From contig CM082586.2 in NCBI GenBank assembly GCA_040954595.2, positions 711,123 through 775,122 of the forward strand: a stretch of DNA of 64,000 nucleotides, in the 5' to 3' direction. The notes beneath the pieces are model-generated. The model was not told where the DNA came from and made no database searches. It saw nothing but the letters and a program-made list of their open reading frames with translations. Source of the DNA: Balanoglossus misakiensis. Lineage: Eukaryota; Animalia; Hemichordata. The number at the start of each line of letters is the position of its first letter. The first letter of the stretch is position 1. The translations under genes were made by a program, and so were the position numbers. Shown here one piece after another: positions 36,701 through 55,448 of this stretch.

Positions 36701-37517
36701 ATCAAGTTTGAGTCATGGTAACTGTGTCATCTGGATGTAGGGAATATGAACGTACCAAATAAATGAAATGTGTTCTCTGTGATGTGTTTATGTTTTAGTG
36801 GCCAGACCAACAAAGTTTGACAAAGTTGTCAAAAGAGAATTGTGCCGAATTTCTACAAAAGGTAGGTCTTTTATCCTATAACATCAAATGTTTCCTGTGC
36901 CTGTATGAAAAAGGCTTTTATCAGATCATTACCATTGAGAAAGTCGAAGTCATTGTTGATACTGTTATTACATTGAAATCATGTGATGTTAATTCTCTCC
37001 AGGAACCAAAATTTACAGTTTCATTGATGGTGATGCGGGTGAACCAGACAGCAGTTATTTACTTGCTTTGACTGAGAAACCGTGTGATGGTGTAATGGGA
37101 GGGGAGAGTTTATATGGTGTGTGCTTTGTGGATACTTCCATCGGAAAATTTCATGTGAGTAGAGTCATGATCAATATTGTCGATATTTCCTCCTAGGTTT
37201 AAAATCAGTAGTATTCCTTCAAAGAATGCCATGTGATGTTCATGTTTGTGATCTATTTTTTTTCAGCTTGGACAATTTGAAGATGATCGTCATTGTTCGA
37301 GATTCAGAACTCTCCTTGCCCATTACACTCCGACTCAAGTCTTGATAGAGAAAAATAAACTACTGCCAAAGACCCAACAAATATTGAATCAGAATCTCGT
37401 CTCAGTCATGAAGGACTCTCTCTCCTCTGGCTCGGAATTCTGGGATAGCACCAAAACATTAAAGAACCTCGCAGAGGAAAAATATTTTGATGTAAAGAAG
37501 AAGAAAGCGAGACTGGG

Positions 37518-37550
<33 letters not shown>

Positions 37551-40500
37551 CGATGATAATGACAGCGACAACTCTGAGTATTGGCCGGATACAATTAAAC
37601 AGATGCTATCGGAAAGTAAGCTAATAAAATTTTCCAGAATCTAGAATCTTTTTCCAATGCCTGGTTTGGATACATCATCTAAGAAAATTGAATTGGGTTA
37701 CTACTTTTTTCTTGCAGCGGACTCACTTGGGTTGACGGCCAAAGAAGACTGTGAGTTGGCTATCAGTGCTTTGGGAGCCATAACATGGTAGGAATTTTCT
37801 GTCTAGTGTGAGTGGGCAAGAAAGTGAATCAAATGGCTAAAAATCATGTTGACAAGCAATTTGTGAATTTTAACAAGTGACGATCTTTCACTCTGCTTTG
37901 TCAAGGTATTTGAAGAAGTGTTGTGTGGAAGAGGATCTGTTATCGATGAAAAACTTCACAATATATAAACCTGTAGATAGTCAGAAACCAACACAGATAC
38001 AAACAACGTCAGCAGATTTCACCAGAGGTCGACATCACATGGTAAGCTGTAGCTGTCACATGTTGTTATTTGATGCGGAATGGTTTCCAAGTTGTTGGGC
38101 ATTATTGAAGACTATGATTCTGTGAAAGAGTTTTGAAATTCTGTCTGTTCTTTCACATTTTGGCATATTGTCTAACACACCCAGGTGCTAGATGGTGTAA
38201 CACTATCCAACCTTGATGTAATTGATAATGGAGCTACAGGTACATCGGAAGGAACATTGTTAGAGAAACTTGACAGTTGTACAACTCCATTTGGAAAGAG
38301 ATTGTTGAAACAATGGCTGTGTGCACCTCTCTGCAATCCCAAATCTATCAATGATAGGTAAGATTCAAAGTCATTTGACTTTCATGTCATTTGATTTGAG
38401 TTCATAGTCCAATCATTCCATTGAAACAACAGGGCTGAACCAAGTTTTGTGTAATAAAGGATTCCAAATCAATTACATGTACTTTGACTTCAGTTTTAAT
38501 GCATTTAATTTTTCTGTAGGTTGAATGCTATTGAAGATTTGATGGCCGTAGCTGATGTTACTGCTGAGGCTAAAGAAATGATGAGAAAATTACCAGATTT
38601 GGAGAGACTGCTCAGCAAGTTAGTGTGATTCAAAAAGTCATTTCATCTAGAATGATAAATACTGAATAATTTTGATAAAGTTAACTTAATATTGCAGTTG
38701 TCTACTAAAGCTTTTCTAAAATTTACTTCATCCATGATTTTTCTCTTGCTCAGAATTCACAGTCTGGGATTATCCCGGAAAAATAAAAAACATCCGGACA
38801 GCAGGGCCATATTCTTTGAAGAAGTTGCCTACAGGTCAGTGAGATGTTTGTATTTTTTGTATTTATGCTTAGAAAAATTAATGGTATTCCATAGATACAA
38901 TAAGTTTCCTTTTTTCCTTTTTCATTTCCCACCAGTAAGAGAAAGATAGAGGATTTTCTTGCAGCCCTACAAGGATTTAAAACAGCTCAGAAAATCATGA
39001 AGCTTTTCAAAGGAAAGAACTGTGATTTCAAGTAAGTAGTGTCTGTGTGTCTCAGGTCACCATAGCAACATTTCTTGTATCCCAGATCTGTGTGCAATAT
39101 TGTTGTTTCTGATCAAATGCATTTGTATATTTTGTTTCTTCTGAAGATCAAAGCTACTGAAGCAATCCACAAGTACTGCAAGTAAAGAAAATCCCAAGGG
39201 TGCTTTCCCTGACATGAAAGAACAGTTGGATTTCTTTGATGTAAGTCTCACCCAACCATATTTGTAATTGGTTGAATCGAATCTCCACTTGTAAGAAACG
39301 TGTAAGAAATAAGAAACTTGTATGACTTTTACAGAGTGCATTTGATCACAGCAAAGCCAAATCTGTGGGTGCTATCATTCCAAGCCAAGGTGTTGATGAT
39401 GATTACGACACTGCATGCAACAATATCAAATCCCTTCAGAAGAAACTTGACCAGTATCTTGACAGGCAAAAACAGAGACTGGGTAACAGGGTAAGTCTGT
39501 CTCAATGTCAAGTTCTGTGCACTGCAACAAAATATAATCTGTTTGATGTGATTATGCATGTGTTTTAGCCAAATGACCTCTTGTAATGTACATCTGACAT
39601 CATTACTAATCACATGATTTCCATTCAACCAATCAGAGTCTGTCTTTCTGGGGAACTGGTAAAAATCGATACCAGATGGAGGTTCCGGAGTCTGCTGTAA
39701 AACATGTTCCGGATGAGTATGAAGTGACATCGTCCAAGAAAGGCTGGAAGAGGTACACCACTTCCGCTATCCAGGAAATGTTACAAGAACTGGTAGCACA
39801 AGAAGAGAAACGAGATGCTGCTCTCAAAGACATCATGAGGAGAATTTTTGCGATTTTTGACGAACAGTAAGTCATCTCGTCATCCCTCATTTTATCACAC
39901 TATTCAACTGATGTCCACGGTGCTTTTGATTGTTTAGTTACTCTTCAAACAGGTGCACGAATGATCCCCAAACAGGCCCTGAACATTGTCCCTAATTTGC
40001 TACACTTATTTCAGCTACACAGCATGGGAAACAGCTGTCCAGTGTCTGTCAGTGTTGGATGTGTTGATGTCACTGACGCATTACAGCCAATCAGGTGAAT
40101 GTGAAATGTGTCGTCCTGAAGTAATAGCGCCTTCTGGAGACATAAAGGTAGGCAGGTAGTCTTTGTTTGAATGTAATGAGATTATGTTTGCCTGTCCGTA
40201 TAACTTGTCAAATAACTTCTGTCTTCCTTTCCTTTTCAGCCCTTTATCTCCATCTGTAATGCAAGGCATCCATGCATCGTCAGAACCTACAGTGGAGGTG
40301 ACTTCATTCCAAACGATACCTATATCGGCTGTAGAAATGTTAGTATCACATTTTCAAAATTTGTCGAAGAAATTCTCAATTATTTTCAAATCTGCTTTTA
40401 CCTTTTTTATCTACAACACAAATGTAAAATTTCTATTTCTTCACCAGGAAGGGGATGAAGACAGCAGCAGTGATGACACAAGCACTTGTGTCCTGGTTAC

Positions 40501-41674
40501 AGGTCCAAATATGGGCGGCAAGTCTACTCTTATGCGTCAGGTTGGCTTAGTGGTGATCTTAGCTCAGTTGGGTTGTTATGTTCCTGCAGAGTCTTGTAAG
40601 ATGACTCCAGTGGATCGAGTTTTTACAAGACTTGGTGCTAGTGACAGGATTATGTCAGGTATGGTCAAAGTATCCTCAACATGATTTTCTCATCTTATCT
40701 TGAGGGAGCCATGAATGATATTATAAACTTTTGAGTGAGTGAGATTTGATTTGATCGATATTAATTTTGTGTTTCAAGGTGAAAGTACCTTCTTTGTGGA
40801 ACTGAGTGAGACATCAGCAATATTGCAACATGCCACAGCCCATTCATTGGTTCTGATGGACGAACTTGGTAAGTGTTTTATTTAATCTAAGAAATACAAA
40901 TATGGTCATATGATAACCAGAGATAATAGGATACAGCATAAAGTGATATTGAACAAACAAAACAGCATGGACCATGGTTTCCATTTGGTTAAAATAAATA
41001 TTGACTGGCCTATCTTGATTCCACACAGGTCGAGGAACTGCTACATTTGATGGTACCGCCATTGCTTGTGCTGTTGTCAAGGAGATCTCTGAAACCATCC
41101 AGTGTCGTACCTTATTCTCAACTCATTACCATTCATTGGTTGAGGAGTTTTCCCATGATACAAACATACGATTAGGGCACATGGTAAGGCATTCACTATG
41201 GCTGTGTTATCTGGTCCAAGATAGGAAATGTGTTCCAAATTTGTCATCTTATTACGTTACAAATACATAATTCTTTTTTTTCATTTTCAGGCATGTATGG
41301 TCGAGAATGAAAATGATGAAGATCCTAGTCAAGAGACTATCACATTCCTGTATAAGTTTGTGAAAGGAGCTTGTCCAAAGAGTTATGGATTCAATGCTGC
41401 AAGATTGGCAGGTTTACCGGAAGAGGTAATTAACAAGATGAGAAGGCCAGGGGAATAAATCCTCCATTTCTATAGTTTGTCTTAGAACAATTTTTTTATC
41501 ACAATTCTGTATTAATCTGTTCTCTTCTTCTAGGTTATCTGCAAAGGTCAAGCAAAATCTCGGGAATTTGAAGCATCTCTGGACAGACTAAAAGTCTTCA
41601 AGCGCCTCTCAACATTGGACAAGACCATTGATAAGAATAACTTACAGTCACTGATTGGTCAGATCGCTGTTTGA
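33749..41674 (+). CDS. MSH6: DNA mismatch repair protein MSH6
   Basis: N-terminal PIP box [12 protein letters not shown] domain ([12 protein letters not shown]), [10 protein letters not shown] mismatch motif, Walker [31 protein letters not shown]. Confidence 0.98.
36375..36468 (+). mobile_element. ~90-bp MITE copy 2 (MSH6 intron)
   Basis: AACCCT...AGGGTT termini; shares aaggttggacctctata-aggga with the copy at 47500. Confidence 0.7.
37519..37557 (+). repeat. Coding (GAT)10 microsatellite within a 13-Asp run in MSH6
   Basis: GAT x10 then GAC GAT GAT. Confidence 0.9.
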
Positions 41675-42047
41675 TGTCAACTGTTGATTGGTTTATAAGC
41701 AGTTCTGTGATTTCTTTGCAACTTTTTTTTGACATACACAGAATAAAACTGGAAAAAAAGGAATATGTACATTCCTAAAGAGCATGATAGTGACAACTTT
41801 ATTTTAGTATGTGATGTGTCAAGTATATTTCTATGCAAAATAAATCATGGAAGTTTGATGATTACTATGGTGTTATTGTGACTCTTGTTTTAAATGCCCA
41901 AATTAAAAGAGTGGGCGAAAACTACACGGATAAATTTGCATATGTGGCCTAAAATGTCTGTTGCAAGTTGAACGGAAGCTAAAGTGGGTCATAGGTCACG
42001 AGAAGAACCCCGCTTTCTCTGACGTCATAAGTATATGCGCTTTCAAG

Positions 42048-46832
<4,785 letters not shown>

Positions 46833-47499
46833 CTTTATTTGACTGCAAAGAAGGGAAGACTTGTGACTTCAAGGGAAGATGATGTTAGCTGGATTGCTGT
46901 TTTCTGTTCTGGAACAAGGCTAACAGCTGATTGGCCACTGGAACTTTGTTGTGGACCAATCAGTCAATGAAGAAATCAGCTACATGTGTTCATGTGCTGA
47001 TGCTGAGTCGTGTATCCTTTCAACAGAACTTTAATAAGAAGATATCAATGAATATAAACTGGTGGAAGGGTTCATTTGAAGGTTAAAATTTCTACCAGTT
47101 GAGAGTTATTAGACAGGATTTGGTAAACTGTACTCTACAAAATTTTCTTAAGTTTCTTTAGCCTTTTCTTCAGTTGGTGAGACAGAGAGGTGAAAGAATT
47201 GAAATGATTGAAATTGCATTTTGTAAATGACTTTACAAGCAGTTTACTATTGCTAAGGAAGTACTTGTAAATGTGAATTCTAACACAAATGTACAGTTTT
47301 TACCGAAAAGAAAAAGTAACAAAATTACAATTTTGTACTATTTAGTATCATAATCTGTTCTTGTAACCTTTGAATAGGTCTACTCCAGAAAAAAATGACG
47401 CACACAGATGACTTCAGTGCCGTAGAAAATGTATACATGTGGTTCTGTTTGAGTTGAGAGTTTTGATGTCTTGTCTGGCCGATCATTGTGCCGATAGAG

Positions 47500-47592
47500 T
47501 TAACCCTTTTACCATAATGGTCCAGTCCAAATCCATTGATTTCAATGGGAAGGTTGGACCTCTATATAGGGAACTGGGGATGAAAGGGTTAA
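47500..47592 (+). mobile_element. ~90-bp MITE copy 3 (probable WDR48 3' UTR), best preserved
   Basis: TTAA CCCTTT ... AAAGGG TTAA with internal CCATTGA-tt-TCAATGG hairpin. Confidence 0.75.
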
Positions 47593-48274
47593 AGGTTAAC
47601 TGAATACTAATCATGAGTTGATGATATATTGGTTTTTAAATTGTTACGAAAACCAATTTTGCGCACATGAATATTTCAGTGTCAGTGTTGGAATTTGTAT
47701 ATTTTATACCCTAAACAAGGGCACATTATCTTATGTATTTCCGTTTCAGTAGGAGTCATGTGCACTTGCATAAATTATAAATTCATTTTTCAAATCCTGA
47801 ACCTCTCAACGGTGACAAATCAAAGGGTTTTGTTTAAATTTTGTTGTAGATATTTTTGTCATTATTTACTCTTTTATTGTAATAAAGATTAACCATTTTT
47901 GTATGTTTAATGACAAAAGTCAACATATTATTATTATCATTATTATTATTATTCAGATGTGATTGTTACCATGTATAATTGTATAATGGAAAACACATTA
48001 AATATTGTCAATACTATTGTACCCTTCTGACTTAATAGGTTGTTTTTTCCTGAGATGATTAGCTAGATTGATTGGTAAATTTTATTTTGTCAAGAAACAT
48101 ATAAGTAAAACAGAGACAATGGTAAAAGTACTGTACATTGAATATCATAAGATTAATTGAGACTGTCATGGGCAGTATCTTGTTCAACATAGCTGCGAAA
48201 TTCTCAAAAGAATCATTTTGATTTTTAAAATGGTTACATTTTTGTATAAAAATCAACACATGTAGTTCACAACA

Positions 48275-49654
48275 TCAGCAACATCCGCCTCTCTTTCCAT
48301 GTGAAGGCAATCGTTCAGTGTCTTTGTAACTTTCCCCGGAAGCCTTTGTGTTGGTGGTGGGAGTGAGGTCAACAACTCCTTTTGGAGTTTTTCTGCCTGC
48401 ATTTGGGTCAATTGGGTTTCCTTCCTGGTCAAGTGGTAGGATTGTCTTAAAGATGTACGTGAAAACATTGTCTACATTTTCCCCTGTCACAGAACTGGTC
48501 TCGTAGAACGGAATGCGCAGGTCAGTCTTCTTACCATCTTGGAAACGGGATGGATTTGCATCAAAAGCAAACTTTTCTCCTTCTTCATTTGTGACCTCTC
48601 GTTTATTTGGGGTCACAAGATCTAATTTTGTTCCCACGGCAATGACAAGACAGTCTTCTTCCGCACCTTGTAACAGTGGAAGATGTCTTGCATACAAACT
48701 GTCAAACGACTCCCGTTCTGAAATATCATATGCCATAATGGCCGCACGTGCATTGCGACAATAAAATGAACTCAACCCAGAAAACTTTTCTTCTCCAGCA
48801 GTATCCTGCGGTAAGAAATGGAAAATTGACAATTAATTTCAAAGCAAAATGATTATTCTCATAAACAGCAAAACAGTTACAAAAAGTTGTTTCACAAAAA
48901 AAACTTGACTGCAGACTTTTATAACCGACATTGTTCTTTATTTACACCTACCCATATCGCAATGTTATACGGTCCCCATTGTTTCAAGAAAAATGCAGCA
49001 CCAATAGTTTGCTGGAGAGAAAAAAAAAACAAGTAACCATTAGTTTTTAAAAGTGAATTAAAAAATAATATTCATTGGTTCTGACCTCAAAAAGGAAATG
49101 AGTTGAAGCAGTGTGATATATGTACATTATTAGTATCATCCTCATTCGCATTCCCTTGGAATTCATTCAATACTTACACTTAAAGTTTCTTCAAATTTAC
49201 CAGACAGATATCGTTGTATAAGTGTTGATTTACCGACGCTGGAATCACCAATGATCACAACTTTGAGGTCACTGCAATGTCAATGATATGAACATAAAGT
49301 ATTTTCACACGGCACTGATAACAATCAGAAGTACGCCCCCTAGGTGCAGACCCGTGTGCGAAGAGGGAAAAAGTCTATGGAATCTGACCAATTTTTGTGT
49401 GCCCCTGTCACTAAGATAACATGATCTTCCCGGACCAAGGCTGTTACAGGTATGTACAAGTGAGTCTTATCTGTCTGGATGATATCCATGTATCTGCTAT
49501 TTCTACGTCTACATATTAGACAACGCCTAACGATCGCGATGCGGAAATGGAAAAGTTTGTTGACATGATAATCAGCTGGTCGATTGTCGTCCATTGTAAA
49601 CAAATGTTTAAACCTCACTTACGCTTTTTTCTTTTTCGATGCCGCTGAAGCCAT
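48275..49654 (-). CDS. RAB20: Rab GTPase, Rab20-like
   Basis: Exons 49654-49623, 49271-49178 (GDSSVGKS), 49011-48952 (TIGAAFFLKQWGPYNIAIW), 48805-48275 (DTAGEE, TKLD, ETSS, C-terminal GGCC). Confidence 0.85.
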
Positions 49655-51883
49655 GGCGGTGGTCAAAATCTCTGAGAGTTTTACAGTAACGTCATATTTC
49701 AACACTGTCCGTATCACTTCTGATCGACTTCACGATGATTCACAGTCAGACCTACCTGGAGTGGTACAAACAATCACTTCCGTGATTTCTGCATATCGTC
49801 GTTGATGGCGTAGTTTGACTGACCTATGAGTTCGACAGGTCATATAAATCTGCATATTGCAAGCCTTGCACCTGTTGTTTGTCAGTAATTGCGCCAATCA
49901 GCTTCCACATTGCGAAAGTGGATGTCGACGCCCTTGTATAAACCATAAATGGCTGATGATTAGGGTCTGTGGTCGCCATGTCTCTCTCAGTCTCACAATT
50001 TCTGCTTCTGGTCGGAGTCACCATTCAAGTTACCTGGTCTCCAAGTCACTATTTCTGTTATCGTGTGTACATTATCTGTTGTTGGACTTGTTCTGGCAGG
50101 CATCAGTCAACGTTAGCGGCGGATATTTCATGTAGCTGGGCCTACATGCTCCACGTGTGTGCAAGGACGGCTGCATCCCAACCAGGCAGCCAGTCTGGCA
50201 GACAGATGGGTGTTTTTGATTTCCAGTTACCAGCAAGTAGACTTGTAGTCAGCGTCCGAGTTACCGGTCACAAGGCAATCACCGTGTCACCAAATAACAG
50301 GTATGCATACTTGTTTTGTATTAATTCTGGGGACTGTTACGCTGTTTCTGTTGTGAGTTTACATTGTGTGTGTATGTTATGAGAGAGAGAGAGAAGGGCC
50401 GAATAGTTTATTATTTTATGAGATGCGCATGCGGCATGATGGGCACCATCTTATGCCGGAGAAACGGTTGCCAAGCGATAAAATCTCTAGTCACCTTGTT
50501 GATTACGCCTTTCAACAAGAAGATGTAAGTGAAAAAGTTGATAAATGATTGACGCAACCAATTTGAGAAAATACAGCTTCATGTAATCATCCTCAAAACA
50601 GCGCTTAAAGCAATTGAGCGAATAATTCAATCATTTTCGAACCATTAGCAAATCTGTCTAAGTCGATTGGGACTTTGGCCTGACGTCAACATCGTAGTGA
50701 CCTGAAATGACCTTTCGATTAGGGTACCCGAGGAAAATGCTGCCTCCCCAAATGTTCAAGCCCCCCCCCCCGGCCACCCATTCCTTCTGAGTGTATGCAT
50801 GTTTTCCAGAGAACATGCAGGCTTCAAAGAATTCTTGCAACGTGAACTGCCAGTGCATACTGCGCATGTCTAGTTTCCCTATTCAGTTGTACCAACGAGA
50901 AATGTTTCACAAGTGCGCTGAGTAGGATGACACTCTGTTCCAAATTACGCTGTACTTTTATTGAATCTCAAAATCGTCACACTTCACTACAGAGCTATTA
51001 TCCAGGTTCATTGAAGGAGATAGTTTTACACCTCTGAATCGGCGTTTAAGAACTTTTAATCACAGTCCGGATTAAATTTAGCAAGCGATTACGTAGATCA
51101 TTAGACGCAATTTCGGATAACATGACGCCTATACTTTATCGGTTTTGCCGCCAATTGTCGCCTTCTTTGCAAACACGCAAATAGCACTTAAGGCTCTGTA
51201 CATGGATGAGGAATAAGTGTTAAGGTATTTACTGAGTAATTCCTGAAAGTATCTTTACGTGTTTGCTTGAGTGTCACTTGTATGGTTATTCTTATTTTTG
51301 AATCACTGTTTTATTTATTGTACACAAGAGGCAAGATACTATTAGTTATTTTACTGAAAATAGAATTGTTTCGTCGATCGATGACTAATATTACGTCATG
51401 CAATGTGATACGCGTGTTTCTCAAACAAGTAGACTACCTAAGATTATATTGAAGTTACAATATGTCGAACGTTGAGAGCAATAGTTTGAACAGCAAGCGA
51501 ATGTATAACAGAAATCTTGGAAAGAAAACCCCAAAGGTTATCCAGGACGTCATGTATTTGTGCGCCAGTACTAAATTTGCAGAGGACAATTTGTGCGTAT
51601 GTTGGCAAATCTCCTATCAGGAACATGCAGAGTAACTATGAACAAAGCAGACGCGATGAAAACAAGATTCCACACTATTACCATTGTCAGAATCAATTTT
51701 CTTCCACAAAGAAGCCGATCGAAGCGACTTCAAAGATGATAGCTCACGGTTCATTAAATGGACGCTGATAATAAGATGGGGTGTATCACCTCGCTTTAGA
51801 AGTGAAGAAATATATTTTAGCATTGAACTCGGTATCGATACTGAATCGCAGCTGTCGTTACGAATTGTTCGAGAAAGAATGCA

Positions 51884-53316
51884 GGCCCGGGATATTGGAA
51901 GCTCAATACGAGTCTACTCAAGGATGACAACTATAGAAGAATAATAAACAACGTCATAACACAAGCCATAACAAATTATCAAAAACTTTATGATTATAGA
52001 AGTTTATTAGATCTAATTAAGGTGAAAGTTAGAGAAGCAAGTATTAAATATGGAAGGGAAAAGGAAAAATATAAAAAAAAGAGACAAGCAATAATTCAAG
52101 AACAGCTAAAAGAAATTGAAGATAAATTACTTAGAGATAACAGGGGAAAGGAAGACCTAATAAACATTTATGAAGAAAAAAAGAGGGAACTAACTCAGCT
52201 ATATGTAAATAAACTACGTGGGATTCAAATTAGATCCAGAGTGAAGTGGTACGAAGAAGGAGAAAGAAACAGTCGTTATTTCCTGGGACTAGAAAAGAAA
52301 AGATCTAGAGCAAAACATATAAACAGGTTGATGGTTAATGATAAGGTTATTACAAAGACAGATGAGATATTAGCAGAAGAAAAGGCTTTTTATGAAGATC
52401 TTTATAAATCCAAGAGTGTTAATAACAGTAAAGTTAAAAAATACATAAATGACATTAAAATAGAGTCTAAGATCAAAGCAAGTGAGGCATTATTGTGTGA
52501 TGGTAAAGTTTCTGAGGAGGAATGTCTAAAAGCCATGCGCAGAATGAAAAGCAACAAAACACCAGGACCAGATGGCATTCCTATAGAATTTTACAGAGTG
52601 TTTTGGAAAAATATAGGTAAGATAGCAGTAGACGCATTTAATGAAGGTTATAATAAAGGTACGCTAGCCAATTCTCAGTGTAATGGTATCATAACGTTAA
52701 TACATAAAAAGGAGTGTAGGCTTAATCTAAAAAATTGGAGGCCCATATCGCTGCTCAATCATGATTACAAAATATTATCATGCGTGTTAGCTAATAGACT
52801 AAATCAGGTTATACCCAAGTTGATTAGTACTGACCAAGTGGGTTATATTAAAGGACGTTTTAGTGGCCAAAACGTTCGGCTTATTCAGGATATTATCGAC
52901 TTCTCGGAGAAACGTAACAAGGGGGGAGCAATTTTGTTCCTTGACTTTTGTAAGGCATTTGATACTGTCGAACACAATTTTATGTTCTTAGCTCTGGAAA
53001 AATTTGGATTAGGTCATTCTTTTATAACATGGATGAAAACTATCTATTCCAAGTGTAATAGTTCCATCATAAATAATGGTTGGATAACGCCACTTTTTAA
53101 TCTACAAAGGGGTATTCGACAGGGATGTCCCCTGTCTGCGATTTTATTTTTAATAGTAGCAGAAATTCTTGCAACTGTAATTAGAAATGACGACGAAATA
53201 GAGGGTTTCAAAGTTAATAATTATAAAGTTAAGATCACACAATTAGGTGATGATATGCAGGTATACATAAGCAAAGAAAAATCTCTCATGCGTTTACTTA
53301 ACTTGATTGATGAGTG
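51884..53316 (+). mobile_element. L1/Tx1-clade LINE ORF2 fragment (linker plus N-terminal part of RT), truncated at both ends
   Basis: GPGYWKLNTSLL at 51884 in frame with IRSRVKWYEEGERNSRYF, KTPGPDGIP, NWRPISLLNHDYKIL, LDFCKAFDTV, GIRQGCPLS, QLGDD; very A-rich sense strand. Confidence 0.92.
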
Positions 53317-54488
53317 CAGATTCCATTGTTGTATTCTGCTCACATGTCACCTATAAGAACATTACCGATAATTGAGATTAGACTAAAAATTGCAATTTTT
53401 TTGTATAGGAATTGTCATCTATGTCCATACCTGCATACACACGTGGCTTATATCCAATCCACTGCAATCTTGGTTCAAATTGAAATGACTATTGCATTAA
53501 CTATAATCCCAGGGTGAAAGACACACAAATTCCAAAGTAAATCATCAGAACTACTGCGACAATCGCAAAACCGCCTAATTCTAAGGGTTGTCATGGATAT
53601 TAAACTGCTAATGCATTGGATTGTTGAAATAAGAATGCTAACTAGATGAATGTGTAACCAAGCATGAAATGGCAGATATTCCTTCGCGAGTATCTTCAAC
53701 AGACTTCTCTGCTAATTTATATTACGGTTGGCGCTTTTGCTTAGTTTATAGTGAGTCGCATTTAAATCATGTAAAGGTTTGTGCAAATCACACAATGATA
53801 TTTTGTATTCTACGAAAACTATTTTTGGCCAGCATCGGCCTATATCTTTCGTGACTTTCCTTGGATAATTTCCTACTTTATTTTTATTTTCTTCTTTTGT
53901 CATTGTTTCGTGTTTTTTCTGGGGAAAACTCGGACATGATACTGTGCGTCACGAGACAGAGGGGCGGAGAGAGAGAGAGAGAGAGTGGGGAGGGGGGGGG
54001 AGGGAGAGAGCACTCCTGTCCGATGACAGACACAAGATGCGTGCGCAACTGATAGTTTTTGAATAAATTAAACTGTTTCACGAACATCCAGATAATAAGA
54101 TGATGATTGGCCATACTCTGTGAATGTGATGACTTGCCTTTGATGAATACATTATTCACAAGAGACGTGAGAAAATTTATCATTTGGAAGTGTTAAAGTT
54201 TCCACGCTGGATAAATATTTTGCCGTTGTCAGTGGATCTCGTTCCCTTGTGGTATCTTCTCCACAATTGAGAGGAAGGCGATCAAAGAATAACGAATCAG
54301 TCTCCTTTGATGAATCTGACCGAGTTGTTGCCATTCAACAAAATTGACGAAAAGAATCGTGGACAGATCAGTCTTCGTACGGAAATGATAACAGCCTTAT
54401 GTTGCGCCTGTACACCTCGCTGCTTGTGATGGATGTATGCACGCACCGATTGTTTCTGATGGCGTACAAGAGATGAAGCACAGACAAT

Positions 54489-55448
54489 ATGTTGAACAGT
54501 GTACAACCTACTTTTGTCGTTTTCTTGACTTTGGTGATAATCTGTGGAAACATTTTGAATCTACTTGTCATCAGGAAATGCAAAGATATCCCTTCTGTAC
54601 CACGGTATTTTATGTCGTCTTTGGCTGTGGCGGATCTTGGAATAGGCTTCATATCAATCTTCGCTATTTATCCATCTATCACTGGTGTTTGGCCGTATGG
54701 AGAGGTCGTCTGCTTCATCATCGGCGTCCACTCGCACACTTTCTGCTCCATTTCCATCGTTTCTTTGCTTTTTGTCAGCATTGACCGTTACATCTCCATC
54801 AACTGGCCTCTAGACTATCATCGCTATATCACAGACAGGAGAGCTATCGGTCTGATAATTACAGAATGGGTTGTCTTAGAAACATACGGGTATTTACTAG
54901 CGGTCATACAAGACTGGGATTTTTATCACTTTAATTCGGGCGCTTTGACTTGTGTTCCTGGCTATGGAAAACCCACTTATAGGGTTTTCACAATCGTTGG
55001 CTTGGTGAGTTTTATTATTGTACCAACTATCATCATCATGTATATTTACGTACGTATTATGCGAATCGTGCGCCGACACAAGTCTCAGATCTTGGAGCTC
55101 AACACTCCGAAGGACAGTGATCAAGTTGAAGTGAGAAAGAGAAGCAATGAGAATTTCAAAGCAGCCAAGATGTTATTCGCAGTTTCGGGAGCATTCGACA
55201 TCGCCTGGTATCCGTACGGTATTTCGACTTTCTACCAAGCCGTATCGGGATCACCTGTGCCACAGTACGTCCACTTCATAACGACATGGTTGGTGTACTC
55301 TAACAGTTTCTGGAACGTGCTGATCTACACAATCATGAACAAGAAATTTCGAAGCACTGCTTGGCTGTTACTCAAGAGATCAACAAAATGTGGCGTTTCT
55401 CAGATCGAGCCGACAGAACGCCACTCCGACCAGGGATCGGTGTGTTGA
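54489..55448 (+). CDS. Intronless class A GPCR, GPR21/GPR52-like orphan
   Basis: Seven hydrophobic segments; GN, SLAVAD, SIDRY, WYPY, and SNSFWNVLIY (NPxxY lacking Pro, as in GPR21/52). Confidence 0.88.
   Translation: MLNSVQPTFVVFLTLVIICGNILNLLVIRKCKDIPSVPRYFMSSLAVADLGIGFISIFAIYPSITGVWPYGEVVCFIIGVHSHTFCSISIVSLLFVSIDRYISINWPLDYHRYITDRRAIGLIITEWVVLETYGYLLAVIQDWDFYHFNSGALTCVPGYGKPTYRVFTIVGLVSFIIVPTIIIMYIYVRIMRIVRRHKSQILELNTPKDSDQVEVRKRSNENFKAAKMLFAVSGAFDIAWYPYGISTFYQAVSGSPVPQYVHFITTWLVYSNSFWNVLIYTIMNKKFRSTAWLLLKRSTKCGVSQIEPTERHSDQGSVC

Noticed and set aside
48785-48805. Rab switch II reads DTAGEE, lacking the catalytic Gln
   Set aside because: Substitution at this position is already known for the Rab20/Rab24 group.
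49800-51880. Short ORFs between Rab20 and the LINE fragment
   Set aside because: No recognisable motifs or consistent splice structure, and no convincing LINE endonuclease domain.
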